A stretch of DNA of 64,000 nucleotides from Candidatus Korarchaeum sp. (GTDB lineage Archaea > Korarchaeota > Korarchaeia > Korarchaeales > Korarchaeaceae): contig JAWAID010000002.1 in the NCBI GenBank assembly GCA_038888615.1, positions 211,594 to 275,593 on the forward strand, given 5' to 3'. A model generated the notes under the pieces. It saw only the letters and a program-made list of their open reading frames with translations. It was not told the origin of the DNA and did no database searches. This document shows, piece by piece, positions 8,794 through 17,665 of this stretch (position 1 is the first letter of the stretch; each line of letters starts with the position of its first letter). Position numbers and translations under genes: made by a program.

Positions 8794-8849
8794 TTCCTAA
8801 TTTACTGGGGATGGACCGAAAAGGGGATTAAGGGGCCGCGACTCAATCG

Positions 8850-9641
8850 GTGATGGCAGTGGAGAGACTCTCGACGGGCGTTAAGGAACTCGATTCTCTA
8901 CTCCAGGGCGGTATACCCAGGGGTTTCCTAGTGGCCGTAGCCGGCGAGCCCGGTACCGGCAAGACCGTGCTCTGCCTCCACTTCATCTGGCAGGGCGTCA
9001 TCGAGGGGGATAAAGCCATCTACGTCACGACCGAGGAGTCGAGGGATTCCTTAGTGAGGCAGGCCGAGGTACTCGGAATGGGGATGGGTGAGGCCTTGGA
9101 GGAGGGTAAGGTCATAGTGATAGACGCCCTGCTGGGGACGGATAGGTGGAGCCTGCGCTCGCTCAACCCCGAGGACATGGTAGAGAAGGTCCTCGAGGCC
9201 AAGAAGGAAATGGGTTACGGGAGGGCTAGGCTTGCCATAGACAGCATGAGCGCCTTCTGGCTCGACAAACCGGCGATGGCCAGGAAGTACTCCTACTTCA
9301 TAAAGAAGGTGCTCAGCAAGTGGGACTTCACAGTGCTAGCTACAACGCAGTACGCTATCACGACCTCAGAGGCCTTCGGGTTCGGGTTGGAGCACATAGC
9401 TGACGGGATAATAAGGTTCAGGAGGGTCGTGAGAGGAGGTAGGCTGAGGAGGTTTGTCCTAGTTGAGAAGATGAGGCAGACCTCTCATGATCTCAGGATG
9501 TACGAGGTGATCATAGGGGAGGGGAGGGGTATGAGCTTGGTCGGCCCCGTCGAGTACAGGGCTGAGGATTTCGCCCTACCGACCAGCGTCACCAGGAGGA
9601 TCCTGGAAGCTAGGAGAAGGGTTGAGGAGGGGATAGAGTAA
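8850..9641 (+). CDS. KaiC/RadA-like RecA-superfamily ATPase (single domain)
   Basis: Walker A GEPGTGKT. Walker B-like VIVIDAL. KaiC-like ...IYVTTEES... segment. GTG-ATG start at 8850/8853. Confidence 0.8.
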   Translation: MMAVERLSTGVKELDSLLQGGIPRGFLVAVAGEPGTGKTVLCLHFIWQGVIEGDKAIYVTTEESRDSLVRQAEVLGMGMGEALEEGKVIVIDALLGTDRWSLRSLNPEDMVEKVLEAKKEMGYGRARLAIDSMSAFWLDKPAMARKYSYFIKKVLSKWDFTVLATTQYAITTSEAFGFGLEHIADGIIRFRRVVRGGRLRRFVLVEKMRQTSHDLRMYEVIIGEGRGMSLVGPVEYRAEDFALPTSVTRRILEARRRVEEGIE

Positions 9642-9643
9642 GC

Positions 9644-10483
9644 ATGAACTCGGATTTCGCCACCGAACTTGTTAAGGAACATTACTCCAAAGAGGAAGTG
9701 AAGCTAGAGGTCATAGAGTTCTCAAGGAGGAGATGGATAGCTTTAGCTGGAAACAGATGGGTGAGGTACCTCTCAGGGGTTCCCATAACCACCGATGTGC
9801 TCTCGCTACCCGATACGCTGATATCGACGGGAACTAGGGCCCTCTACGCCACGGCGTCCCTCTACAATGAGCTCAGCCGTAAGGAGGACGTTTTCGATGA
9901 GACCAAGGTCAAGGCGGTAACCCCGTTCTTAGACATAGATAATGAGCCAGAGGATTGGAAGCTGACCGTGGAGGCAGCTAGGATCCTAGTGGATGCCCTC
10001 GACTCCCTAGGGATAAGGAGGTCGCGCTACGTCCTCTGGTCCGGTAGAGGGGTCCACGTGAGGGTTAACGAGTTATCGATGAGTGAGGAGTTCAGGGGTC
10101 TCGATTCAGCTTGGGCCCTGGCTGAGCTGGTCAGGCTGAAGGTCGAGGAGAGGATCTCCGACCTGAGGATCAAGGCGAGGAGCTTGAGGGTTGAGAACCA
10201 GCTGAAGCCCAGGGCCCTCTTCACGGTCCCGCTCAGCCTCCACAGGAAGTTAGACAGGGTGGCCGTTTGCGTGAACCCCGACGATCTGGACGATTTCGAT
10301 ATCTCCTGGGCTGAGCCTCTGGACTTCAAGCACTGGAGGGATTGGAGGAAGTATGAAACTGGGGAGTCCGATCAAGCTGTGCTAGAGGCCTTGAGCAGAC
10401 TAGGTGGCTATTATCGGAGGGGGAGAAGTAGGAAGGAGCTCCCAGTTGATGAGATGATAAGGAGGTGGGAACACTCACTATAG
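9644..10483 (+). CDS. Archaeo-eukaryotic primase (AEP) superfamily protein, PriS-like small catalytic core
   Basis: Motif I FLDIDN, motif II WSGRGVHVRV, motif III-like ...FTVPLSLH. Starts 2 nt after the KaiC-like stop. Confidence 0.7.
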   Translation: MNSDFATELVKEHYSKEEVKLEVIEFSRRRWIALAGNRWVRYLSGVPITTDVLSLPDTLISTGTRALYATASLYNELSRKEDVFDETKVKAVTPFLDIDNEPEDWKLTVEAARILVDALDSLGIRRSRYVLWSGRGVHVRVNELSMSEEFRGLDSAWALAELVRLKVEERISDLRIKARSLRVENQLKPRALFTVPLSLHRKLDRVAVCVNPDDLDDFDISWAEPLDFKHWRDWRKYETGESDQAVLEALSRLGGYYRRGRSRKELPVDEMIRRWEHSL

Positions 10484-10776
10484 GGGGGATTCATAGATAA
10501 TCATCCCCTCACCTCTGGAGGCTCGGGGGCAACGGTAGGGTACATTGCGTCTTCTCGGCTCCCAGGCAGGTATCTACCGCATCCATTCGGCTCTTAGTAC
10601 GTATCGGATGCCTAGGATATGGGGGAGACATTCTTACCTCATGAACTAACGATGCGCACCTGTTAAAGATATCGGGACTGCAGCTCATCCCGAGCACTCA
10701 GAGTTAGCCTTTCAGTGAATTCCATTACGATTATCATCGTATCGAGTTTATCAACATTGGTATCACGCAAGTGGGG

Positions 10777-11952
10777 ATGGGAGAAAAATCCGTACTCGGA
10801 CTTCTACTGCTCCTGAGCCTGCAGAGCCTCTCAGCTCATAACATCATCCATCAGGAGTTCCCGTCCCAGATGCAAGCGAGCCCCGCCGATATCTGGTCGG
10901 AGAAGGGAGGGGAGGGCCCTAACGTCACTTGCGGCTACGTTAAGGTAGGGGAGAACCTGACCCTCTTCTTCAAGGTCAGCTCGCCTATGTACGCGAGGAT
11001 AGTCATCGTGAAGCCAGACGGTAGTGAAGTAGAGGTAATGAAAATCTCCCAACTGTTTCCTGACGTTGTTTACAAGTTCTATCAAGTTTTCATAGATCCC
11101 GGGATGAGGGTAGTCAAGTTGGTAGGTGGGACCAGCGGTAGGGTGCTGGATTACTGCACGGTCCACGTAGTGACCTACTTCGCCGGAGGGGATGTGTGGA
11201 CTGACGCCGGTGGTAGGGGGTATGGGGTGGATGGAGGTTACTTCACCGCTAGTACTCCCTTCGGTGTCTGGTTGAGGCTCAACGTGTCATCCGAAGCGAG
11301 GCTGGTCCTTCAGGATCCCAGGGGTAGGGAGAACACCGTCTTCTCGGGTAATCTTGAGGGGGGGAAGAGCAAGAGGATCGTTCTAGAGCTCGGTGAGCTA
11401 GGCAATTACACGCTGAAGTTGATGCAGGGTAATCTCCTGCTGGATTACTGCGTTGTCTCGATCATAAAGCCCGTTGAGAGATACCCTCCATCCATAAGGA
11501 TCTCCTCGATCAGCTTGAACGGTAGCAGGGTCTCAATAGAGGGGGAAGCCACTCCCGGAACCCCTGATGAGGAGCTTAGGGTCATTTGGGATTGGGGAGA
11601 TGGATCCAGAGAAGAGGGGCCCTTCCCAAAGAGCCACGTTTATGAGAAGAGCGGGGTATACACGATAAGGATAGTGGCGATGCAATCGGACGGTTTATCA
11701 GCTAACTTCACTTACGTAATACTGGTGCCTCCCGCGGAGGAAGCGGGGATCGCCACCGCGCGATCTGCCGAGAACAGGACCTTGGAAAACAGGACGCAAC
11801 AGGAAACTTCAAAGGAGCAGGAAAGGGGGCAAGTGGGGAATGAGGTATTGGCCTTCATCCTGGGAGCTTTAGTAACTGCCTTAATGTTCTTAGTGGTATC
11901 CAGGTTGATCAGGAGATCGGAGGGGGTCAACCCAGTGACTCGATCACACTGA
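10777..11952 (+). CDS. Secreted/surface PKD-domain protein with C-terminal TM anchor
   Basis: Signal-like N-terminus. PKD signature VIWDWGDGS...H.Y...G.Y. Many N-x-S/T sequons. C-terminal TM LAFILGALVTALMFLVV followed by basic residues. ATG at 10777; the ORF track starts at GTG 10771. Confidence 0.75.
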   Translation: MGEKSVLGLLLLLSLQSLSAHNIIHQEFPSQMQASPADIWSEKGGEGPNVTCGYVKVGENLTLFFKVSSPMYARIVIVKPDGSEVEVMKISQLFPDVVYKFYQVFIDPGMRVVKLVGGTSGRVLDYCTVHVVTYFAGGDVWTDAGGRGYGVDGGYFTASTPFGVWLRLNVSSEARLVLQDPRGRENTVFSGNLEGGKSKRIVLELGELGNYTLKLMQGNLLLDYCVVSIIKPVERYPPSIRISSISLNGSRVSIEGEATPGTPDEELRVIWDWGDGSREEGPFPKSHVYEKSGVYTIRIVAMQSDGLSANFTYVILVPPAEEAGIATARSAENRTLENRTQQETSKEQERGQVGNEVLAFILGALVTALMFLVVSRLIRRSEGVNPVTRSH

Positions 11953-12580
11953 ACCTCCTCCGGATCGAATTGAAGAGGAGGCTGACTGAGGCGCACAGGA
12001 CCAGGTAGAATAGGGCTAGTATCGAGAATATCTCCAGAGGCCTGAAGTTTATTGAGTTGAAGCTCTTCGAGATGCTGTACATCTCCTGAACGCCGATGGC
12101 GAAAGCTAGGGATGAGTACTGCACCATGTAAACCACCTCATTCGACACGCTCGGGATGGCCCTCCTCAGGGCTTGCGGCAGCACTATGTAGAGGATCTCC
12201 TGGGCTCTGGTCATCCCTAGGGCCCTAGCAGCTAAGCTCTGCCCCTCATCTATCGATAATATAGCCCCCCTGACGTACTGAGAGATGTAAGCGCCGCTGC
12301 ACAACACTAAGGAGAGGATGGCTGATTCGGTCGGACCCAAGTAAACTCCCAGCTCCGGGAGGCCGAAGAATATGAGTAGCATCGTGACCAGCAGAGGGAA
12401 ACCGGTGAAAGTAGCTGTGAAGATCCTGGAGATCGTACTGAGGATCCTTCCTCCATAAACACTCAACACGGCTACGAACACGCCGAGCGCGATCCCGCAG
12501 GGGGCTGAGATCATCAGGAGCTCGAGCGTCCTCATGAGACCCGAGGAGAGGGCGACCAGAAAGTCCAGGAGGAACTCCAT
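11927..12580 (-). CDS. Polar amino-acid ABC transporter permease
   Basis: HisM/GlnP-like multi-TM protein in an operon with a GlnQ-like ATPase. Confidence 0.85.
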   Translation of the reverse strand: MEFLLDFLVALSSGLMRTLELLMISAPCGIALGVFVAVLSVYGGRILSTISRIFTATFTGFPLLVTMLLIFFGLPELGVYLGPTESAILSLVLCSGAYISQYVRGAILSIDEGQSLAARALGMTRAQEILYIVLPQALRRAIPSVSNEVVYMVQYSSLAFAIGVQEMYSISKSFNSINFRPLEIFSILALFYLVLCASVSLLFNSIRRRFSVIESLG

Positions 12581-13311
12581 CAGATCACCTCACGCTTACC
12601 GAAGAGCCTTCTAGCCTCGGGGCTCCTGGGGTTCTGGACGATCTCCCTAGGAGGACCTTCCTCAACCACCCTCCCCCCGTTCATCACGGCTAGGCTATTA
12701 GCGACCTCAAGGGCGAAGCTCAGCTCATGAGTCACGACTAAGCTCGTCACTCCCTTCCTAGAGAGCTCCTTCATGACCTCCAACACTTCGGTGGAGAGCT
12801 GGGGATCGAGGGCCGATGTGGGTTCGTCGTAGAGCATTATCAGAGGGTCCATGGCCAGGGCCCTAGCGATAGCGACTCTCTGCTTTTGCCCTCCCGAGAG
12901 CTGAGCTGGGTACCTGTCCCAGAGCTCCTCATCTATTCGGACGGACCTCAGGACGTTCTTAGCTCTCTGGAGGGCTTCCCTTTCACCCATCCTCTTGACC
13001 TTAGTCAGCCCTATAGTCACGTTCTTCAGCACGGTGAGGTGGTTGAACAGGTTGAACTCCTGGAAGACGAAACCGATCTTCTGTCTCACCTTCACCACAT
13101 CGACTCCAGGGGAGGTTACCTCCTCATTACCCACGAATATCCTCCCGTCATCGGGTCTCACGAGCAGGTTTATGCACTTGAGGAGCGTGCTCTTCCCAGC
13201 GCCGCTGGGACCCATCAGTACCTTAGTCTCCCCCTCCTCGAGCTCTAGGTACACTCCCTTGAGCACCTGAACCCCGTTGTAACTCTTCCTGAGGTCCTCT
13301 ATCCTCAGCAA
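12580..13311 (-). CDS. Polar amino-acid ABC transporter ATP-binding protein (GlnQ/HisP-like)
   Basis: GPSGAGKSTLL, LSGGQKQRVAIARAL, MLYDEPTSALD. Confidence 0.93.
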   Translation of the reverse strand: MLRIEDLRKSYNGVQVLKGVYLELEEGETKVLMGPSGAGKSTLLKCINLLVRPDDGRIFVGNEEVTSPGVDVVKVRQKIGFVFQEFNLFNHLTVLKNVTIGLTKVKRMGEREALQRAKNVLRSVRIDEELWDRYPAQLSGGQKQRVAIARALAMDPLIMLYDEPTSALDPQLSTEVLEVMKELSRKGVTSLVVTHELSFALEVANSLAVMNGGRVVEEGPPREIVQNPRSPEARRLFGKREVI

Positions 13312-14015
13312 TTACTCACCCCCACCGTACCCGGGATCCTGAACCTCCTGTGAACCAGCTCAGCTATACCCACGCCGACCTGCGTCAGGACCAGGTAGAG
13401 GATACCGGCTATTAGGAAGGGAAACAAGGCTAGTCCCGTAGCCGTCGATACGTACTTAGCCCTGGTCAGTATCTCCATAACGCCTAGGGCGAAGCAGATG
13501 GAGGAGTCCTTAAGCATCACAGCGTACTCATTCGACCAGGAGGGCAGGGCTATCCTGAGGGCCTGAGGTATCAGCACGTTGATCAGGGCTTGGGAGTCAC
13601 TCATCCCTATGGATCTAGCTGCCAGCAACTGCCCGCTCTCGATGGAGAGGAAGGCGCTCCTGAATATCTGGGATTGATAGGCACTGCTCCTCAAACCTAG
13701 GGCTAATACGCTCGCTAGGAAGGGACTGGCCTTGATCCCGAGGGAGGGGAGGACCCCCCAGTAGAGGAGGGAGAGGAGGACCAGAAGAGGCGTACCCCTG
13801 AAGAACCAGACGTAAGCCCCGATCACCCTAGCTACTCGCTTGGAGCCGAAGGTATCGATCACCGAGAGCGGCAGTCCTATTGAGAAGCCCATCGCTAACC
13901 CGAAGCATACCAGGGCCAGTGTCCAAGGTACGCCGTTTATCAAAAAGGGGATGTAATCGAGGAGTTTCCACTGCATCCTCAATCGAGCCCCCACTTCCTC
14001 AGTAACTCGTTCCAC
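13305..14015 (-). CDS. Polar amino-acid ABC transporter permease
   Basis: Second HisM/GlnP-like permease, overlapping both neighbouring genes. Confidence 0.85.
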   Translation of the reverse strand: MERVTEEVGARLRMQWKLLDYIPFLINGVPWTLALVCFGLAMGFSIGLPLSVIDTFGSKRVARVIGAYVWFFRGTPLLVLLSLLYWGVLPSLGIKASPFLASVLALGLRSSAYQSQIFRSAFLSIESGQLLAARSIGMSDSQALINVLIPQALRIALPSWSNEYAVMLKDSSICFALGVMEILTRAKYVSTATGLALFPFLIAGILYLVLTQVGVGIAELVHRRFRIPGTVGVSNC

Positions 14016-14830
14016 ACGGGGCTGTCCATCAGCTCCTCCAGGGCCTCGTTTATCCTATCCCTTAACCACTTGTCCTGAGGCCTAGTGGCTATGGCGTAGA
14101 CGTTCGGGGCCCCGAGCTCCCCGGCCACCCTGACCTTAGCTTCCACCTGAGGGTTCCTCTTCAAGTAAGGCCCGAGGAAGGCCGAGTCCGTTATGAAGGC
14201 CGATGCCCTACCGTCAAGCAGCGCCTGAAGCGCTGCCACGTAGGAATCCAGCCCCAGTTTCTTGAAATTATAGCCCGCCTTCAGTAGCCTATCCGCCCAT
14301 TCATCAGCTGTCGAACCTATCTGGACAGCTACGTACTCTCCTGAGTTCAGGATCTCATCTAAGCTCCTTCCGTCCTCCCTCAGGACCACCAGTTGGTGCA
14401 CGTAGGAGTAGTAGGGTACCGAGAACCATATCTTCTGAGACCTGGGCGCGTTGAACGTCATCCCTGAGGCTATCACGTCTATATCCCCGTTCTCCAGAGC
14501 CGTCACTATGGTCGACCAGTCCCAGGGCTTGTAGACGATCTTCCAACCGTACTTCCTCGCTATTAAGTTCATGACATCGACGTCGAAGCCCACTGGGGTG
14601 CCATTAGGCTGCATTAAGGTAAAGGGAGGATAGTTTGCATCGAACCCGTAAACTATCACGACCTCTTTCCCTTCCTCAGGTGGATAAGCGAACTTCCCGG
14701 GCTTGTATAGGCATCCATCTTGCGATCTAGCTTGTGAGCCAGTTAGGGCGTATCCTAGCGCTAATCCGATCACCAGGCCCAGCAGGAGCACCCCTAGGTA
14801 TCTACCCACCATTGTCCCACCATCCCACAT
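13979..14830 (-). CDS. Amino-acid ABC transporter substrate-binding protein (family 3)
   Basis: N-terminal TM anchor, then a typical ...YPPF......G.PVGFDVD... family-3 SBP segment. ATG 14830 is preferred over the track start 14875 because of the position of the upstream A/T box. Confidence 0.85.
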   Translation of the reverse strand: MWDGGTMVGRYLGVLLLGLVIGLALGYALTGSQARSQDGCLYKPGKFAYPPEEGKEVVIVYGFDANYPPFTLMQPNGTPVGFDVDVMNLIARKYGWKIVYKPWDWSTIVTALENGDIDVIASGMTFNAPRSQKIWFSVPYYSYVHQLVVLREDGRSLDEILNSGEYVAVQIGSTADEWADRLLKAGYNFKKLGLDSYVAALQALLDGRASAFITDSAFLGPYLKRNPQVEAKVRVAGELGAPNVYAIATRPQDKWLRDRINEALEELMDSPVWNELLRKWGLD

Positions 14831-14853
14831 AGGTGGGATTTCAGTGATGCTCT

Positions 14854-14864
14854 CATTTAAAAGC
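14854..14864. promoter_or_regulatory. Shared TATA-like box between divergent genes
   Basis: catttaaaagc lies about 29 nt from ATG 14830 (minus) and about 29 nt from ATG 14888 (plus). Confidence 0.5.
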
Positions 14865-14887
14865 TTTTCACCCACATAAGTGGGAGC

Positions 14888-15301
14888 ATGTCCGAGGAGG
14901 TGTACGACTTCACCACGATGGACTCGAAGAGCAGGGTAACGATTCCCGCGAAAATAAGGAAATTACTTGGATTAAGTGAGGGAATGAAATTTATAATAAT
15001 TGCTAATACACTCAGAAAAGAGATAAAAATAATCCCAATAGTCGAGCTTCGAGCAAACGTCTACAGGCTCAGGATAGTGATGCTGGACAGGCCGGGGGTC
15101 CTCGCTAGAGCAGCCAGCTTGCTAGCCGATGAGAACGTCGATCTGCTCATGACGGAATCCAGGACCATAAGGAGGGGTGAGCTCGCCGAGTGGGTCGTAA
15201 TGGCGGATCTATCCAACTGCAAGCTCGATGTGTCGGAGCTCGTGAAGAGGATCAGGGGGCTGGAGTTCGTCAGGGGGGTGGAGGTAGCGAGGCTGGATTA
15301 A
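14888..15301 (+). CDS. AbrB/SpoVT-type DNA-binding domain fused to an ACT ligand-binding domain (putative regulator)
   Basis: N-terminus SRVTIPAKIRKLLGLSEGMKF (AbrB swapped-hairpin motif). C-terminus RIVMLDRPGVLARAASLLADENVDLL (ACT-like). Confidence 0.7.
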   Translation: MSEEVYDFTTMDSKSRVTIPAKIRKLLGLSEGMKFIIIANTLRKEIKIIPIVELRANVYRLRIVMLDRPGVLARAASLLADENVDLLMTESRTIRRGELAEWVVMADLSNCKLDVSELVKRIRGLEFVRGVEVARLD

Positions 15302-15365
15302 CGCATAGCTAACCAAAGCGAGGCTGGGCGACGCAAGGTTCTTAAGAAAAGGGTAGCTTGCGTTC

Positions 15366-16739
15366 ATGATGAGGGATAGCTACGACGTGATCGTAGTCGG
15401 GACAGGCATAATCGGGTTGATGATCACTTACAAGCTCTCCCACTACGACCTGAGGGTCCTAGCTATAGACAGGAATCCGGAGCCGGGATGGGGGGTCTCC
15501 AGAGCCCACGCGGCCGTGGTGCACGTGGTTCAGCTCCCCTTCAGGTCCCTCAAGAGCAAGCTAGCGAGGTCAGGGAACCCCGAGTTGCTCAGGATATGCG
15601 ACGAACTCGGGGTTAGATACAGGAGGACGAGCACGTTGATCCTGGCCACGGAGCCCCACCACCTCCTGGTCCTACCCCTCATCTACCTCTACCTCAGGCT
15701 GAACCTCAGGGGTTTCAGCGTGAGGCTCAGAGGGAGGGGTCCCCTGCTCAGGGAGGAGCCGGCTCTCTCCAACAGGGTGCTAGGGGGAATAGAGGTAGGG
15801 GGTTACGCCGTGGTCGATAACTTCGATCTGCTCTACGCACTCTACGAGTTCTCGAAATCGAACGGTGTAGAATTCTCCTTAGGGGAGGAAGTAAGGGGCG
15901 TGGAGCAGCTCGATGGCTCGGTGAGGGTCATCACGGACAGGGGAGCTTATGAAGCGAGCTACTTAGTGAACGCAGCAGGTCTCTGGGCAGATGAGGTGCT
16001 CAAGCTCACGGGAGGGAATATCAAGTTCGAACTAGGGAAGGGAGTTCTCCTAGTGTTCGATAGAGCGATCTCGAGTAGGTTACTGGCCCCTCTCTACCTC
16101 AAGCCGGATCCGAAGACGAAGGGAGGGGCCATAATGTTCACTCACGATAACAGAGGGCTATGGGGACCTAACCTAAGGTTCACCGAGAGGAAGGACGATA
16201 CCTCAGCTGACGAGCAGGACCTGAGGACACTCACGGAGAAGTTCTCGAGACTCATAAAAACTGACGCAGGAATCCCTATAAAGGCGTACGCTGGAATAAG
16301 ACCAATCCCTCCCGGGGACGATTTCATCATCGAGAGGAGGGGAAGGGTCATCCACGTACTCGGAACCGAGTCCCCGGGCTTCACGGCATCACCCTCCCTG
16401 GCTGAGCTCGTGCTGAGGATGCTGGGGGACTCAGGCCTCAGACTGAACGAGAAGCCCGTCTCGAGGAGGGAGCCCTTCAGGAGAGCGAGGGACGACCCCA
16501 AGAGGGCTAGGGGGCATGTTATATGCGCCTGCAACTTAGTGACCGAGGAGGAGATAAGGGAGGCGGTGAGAAGGGGTGCTAAGACCTTGAAAGGGATTTT
16601 CTATAGGACCGGAGCATGCATGGGAACTTGCCAGGGGTCCAGATGCTTAGCTGATGTCCTGGAAGTGGCAGCTGACGAGATGGGGGTAGACGCTAGGCAC
16701 CTGCAGCTGGGGGGTGATGGGAGCTGGGTCGTTTCGTGA
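15366..16739 (+). CDS. FAD-dependent glycerol-3-phosphate dehydrogenase-like oxidoreductase with C-terminal BFD-like [2Fe-2S] domain
   Basis: N-terminal VIVVGTGIIGL dinucleotide fold. C-terminal CACNLVTEEEIREAV...GACMGTCQGSRC. Confidence 0.75.
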   Translation: MMRDSYDVIVVGTGIIGLMITYKLSHYDLRVLAIDRNPEPGWGVSRAHAAVVHVVQLPFRSLKSKLARSGNPELLRICDELGVRYRRTSTLILATEPHHLLVLPLIYLYLRLNLRGFSVRLRGRGPLLREEPALSNRVLGGIEVGGYAVVDNFDLLYALYEFSKSNGVEFSLGEEVRGVEQLDGSVRVITDRGAYEASYLVNAAGLWADEVLKLTGGNIKFELGKGVLLVFDRAISSRLLAPLYLKPDPKTKGGAIMFTHDNRGLWGPNLRFTERKDDTSADEQDLRTLTEKFSRLIKTDAGIPIKAYAGIRPIPPGDDFIIERRGRVIHVLGTESPGFTASPSLAELVLRMLGDSGLRLNEKPVSRREPFRRARDDPKRARGHVICACNLVTEEEIREAVRRGAKTLKGIFYRTGACMGTCQGSRCLADVLEVAADEMGVDARHLQLGGDGSWVVS

Positions 16740-17665
16740 TAGTGGGAGCCGGTCTCTCCGGCCTGGCAGCGGCCAAGTTCCTAAGAGGGGTTCTAGTGGA
16801 GAGAGGAGAGGTAGGTGGGTTCTTCCTCAGGGACGAGTACCCCGTGAACGGAGTGAGGGGTTGCGACTTGGTTAGAGAGTTCATGGAGTCTAACGTGATC
16901 AAGGGGACCGTGTTCGAAGCCGATGAAGGCGGCGCTTGGGTTCTATCGGAGGAGGGGTCCAGGTACCTGAGGGGCACCGTCATAGGGGCCAACGGGTTCA
17001 GGGAGAGGACCCTACTGGAGCTCGGGGTGTTCGGATCCAGACCCTCGGGCGTCTTCCCCCTCTACTCAGCTTGGGAGCTCGTCAACAGGGGATACAGGAT
17101 AGGGGAGAGGGTGGTGATCTACGGCTTCAACCACTACTCGCTCTCCCTAGCCAGCAAGCTCAAGGCCGAGGTCACCTTCATCTTGGGCTCAGGCTCCATC
17201 GCGCACGAGGAGGCTGAGGCCCTGGATAGGGGGTTCGGGGTGATGATAGGCGCTCTGAAGCGCATAGAAGGAAAGGGTAGGTTGGAGGCCCTCAGGACCA
17301 GCGAGGGCGATCTTAAATCCGACGCTCTCGTCTTAGCTGAGCTCTCCCCTTGGAATCCCTTGAACCTCAGCTACACGGTGGGTAATGCTGCTATGATAAC
17401 GGAGGACCCCTCCAAGGTCGTGGAGGGAGCCAAGCTGTTGGCGAGCTCCATCCTCTCCGGAGGCAGGAGGGTCGAGGTGATATCCGATGCCCCCCACTTT
17501 CCCCGGGAGGTGAGCGAGGAGGTAGGTAGGGTTATCGTAGGCGTCAAGAGGGGGACCAAGCTGAGAGTGGGGGGCGTGGAGATGATTGCTGAGGAGTCCT
17601 ACCCTCTGATCGAGATCCCCAAGGGGGATAGGATCAGGATAGAGGTGATGGGATGTACGGAGTGA
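16736..17665 (+). CDS. FAD/NAD(P)-binding oxidoreductase subunit (partner of the GlpA-like enzyme)
   Basis: IVGAGLSGLAAA GxGxxG at the N-terminus. GTGA start/stop overlap with the upstream gene. Confidence 0.6.
   Translation: MIVGAGLSGLAAAKFLRGVLVERGEVGGFFLRDEYPVNGVRGCDLVREFMESNVIKGTVFEADEGGAWVLSEEGSRYLRGTVIGANGFRERTLLELGVFGSRPSGVFPLYSAWELVNRGYRIGERVVIYGFNHYSLSLASKLKAEVTFILGSGSIAHEEAEALDRGFGVMIGALKRIEGKGRLEALRTSEGDLKSDALVLAELSPWNPLNLSYTVGNAAMITEDPSKVVEGAKLLASSILSGGRRVEVISDAPHFPREVSEEVGRVIVGVKRGTKLRVGGVEMIAEESYPLIEIPKGDRIRIEVMGCTE

Noticed and set aside
10484-10770. 287-bp spacer after the AEP gene, with hairpin GGGGAT...ATCCCC (about 10487-10510), long-range GCTCGGG/CCCGAGC pairing (about 10531/10690), and a 62-aa minus ORF (10509..10697).
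   Set aside because: No known ncRNA motif was recognised (no C/D boxes, no tRNA arms). The ORF has no features, and the pairing is short enough to arise by chance. It is worth including in a general Rfam scan, but there is no specific support.
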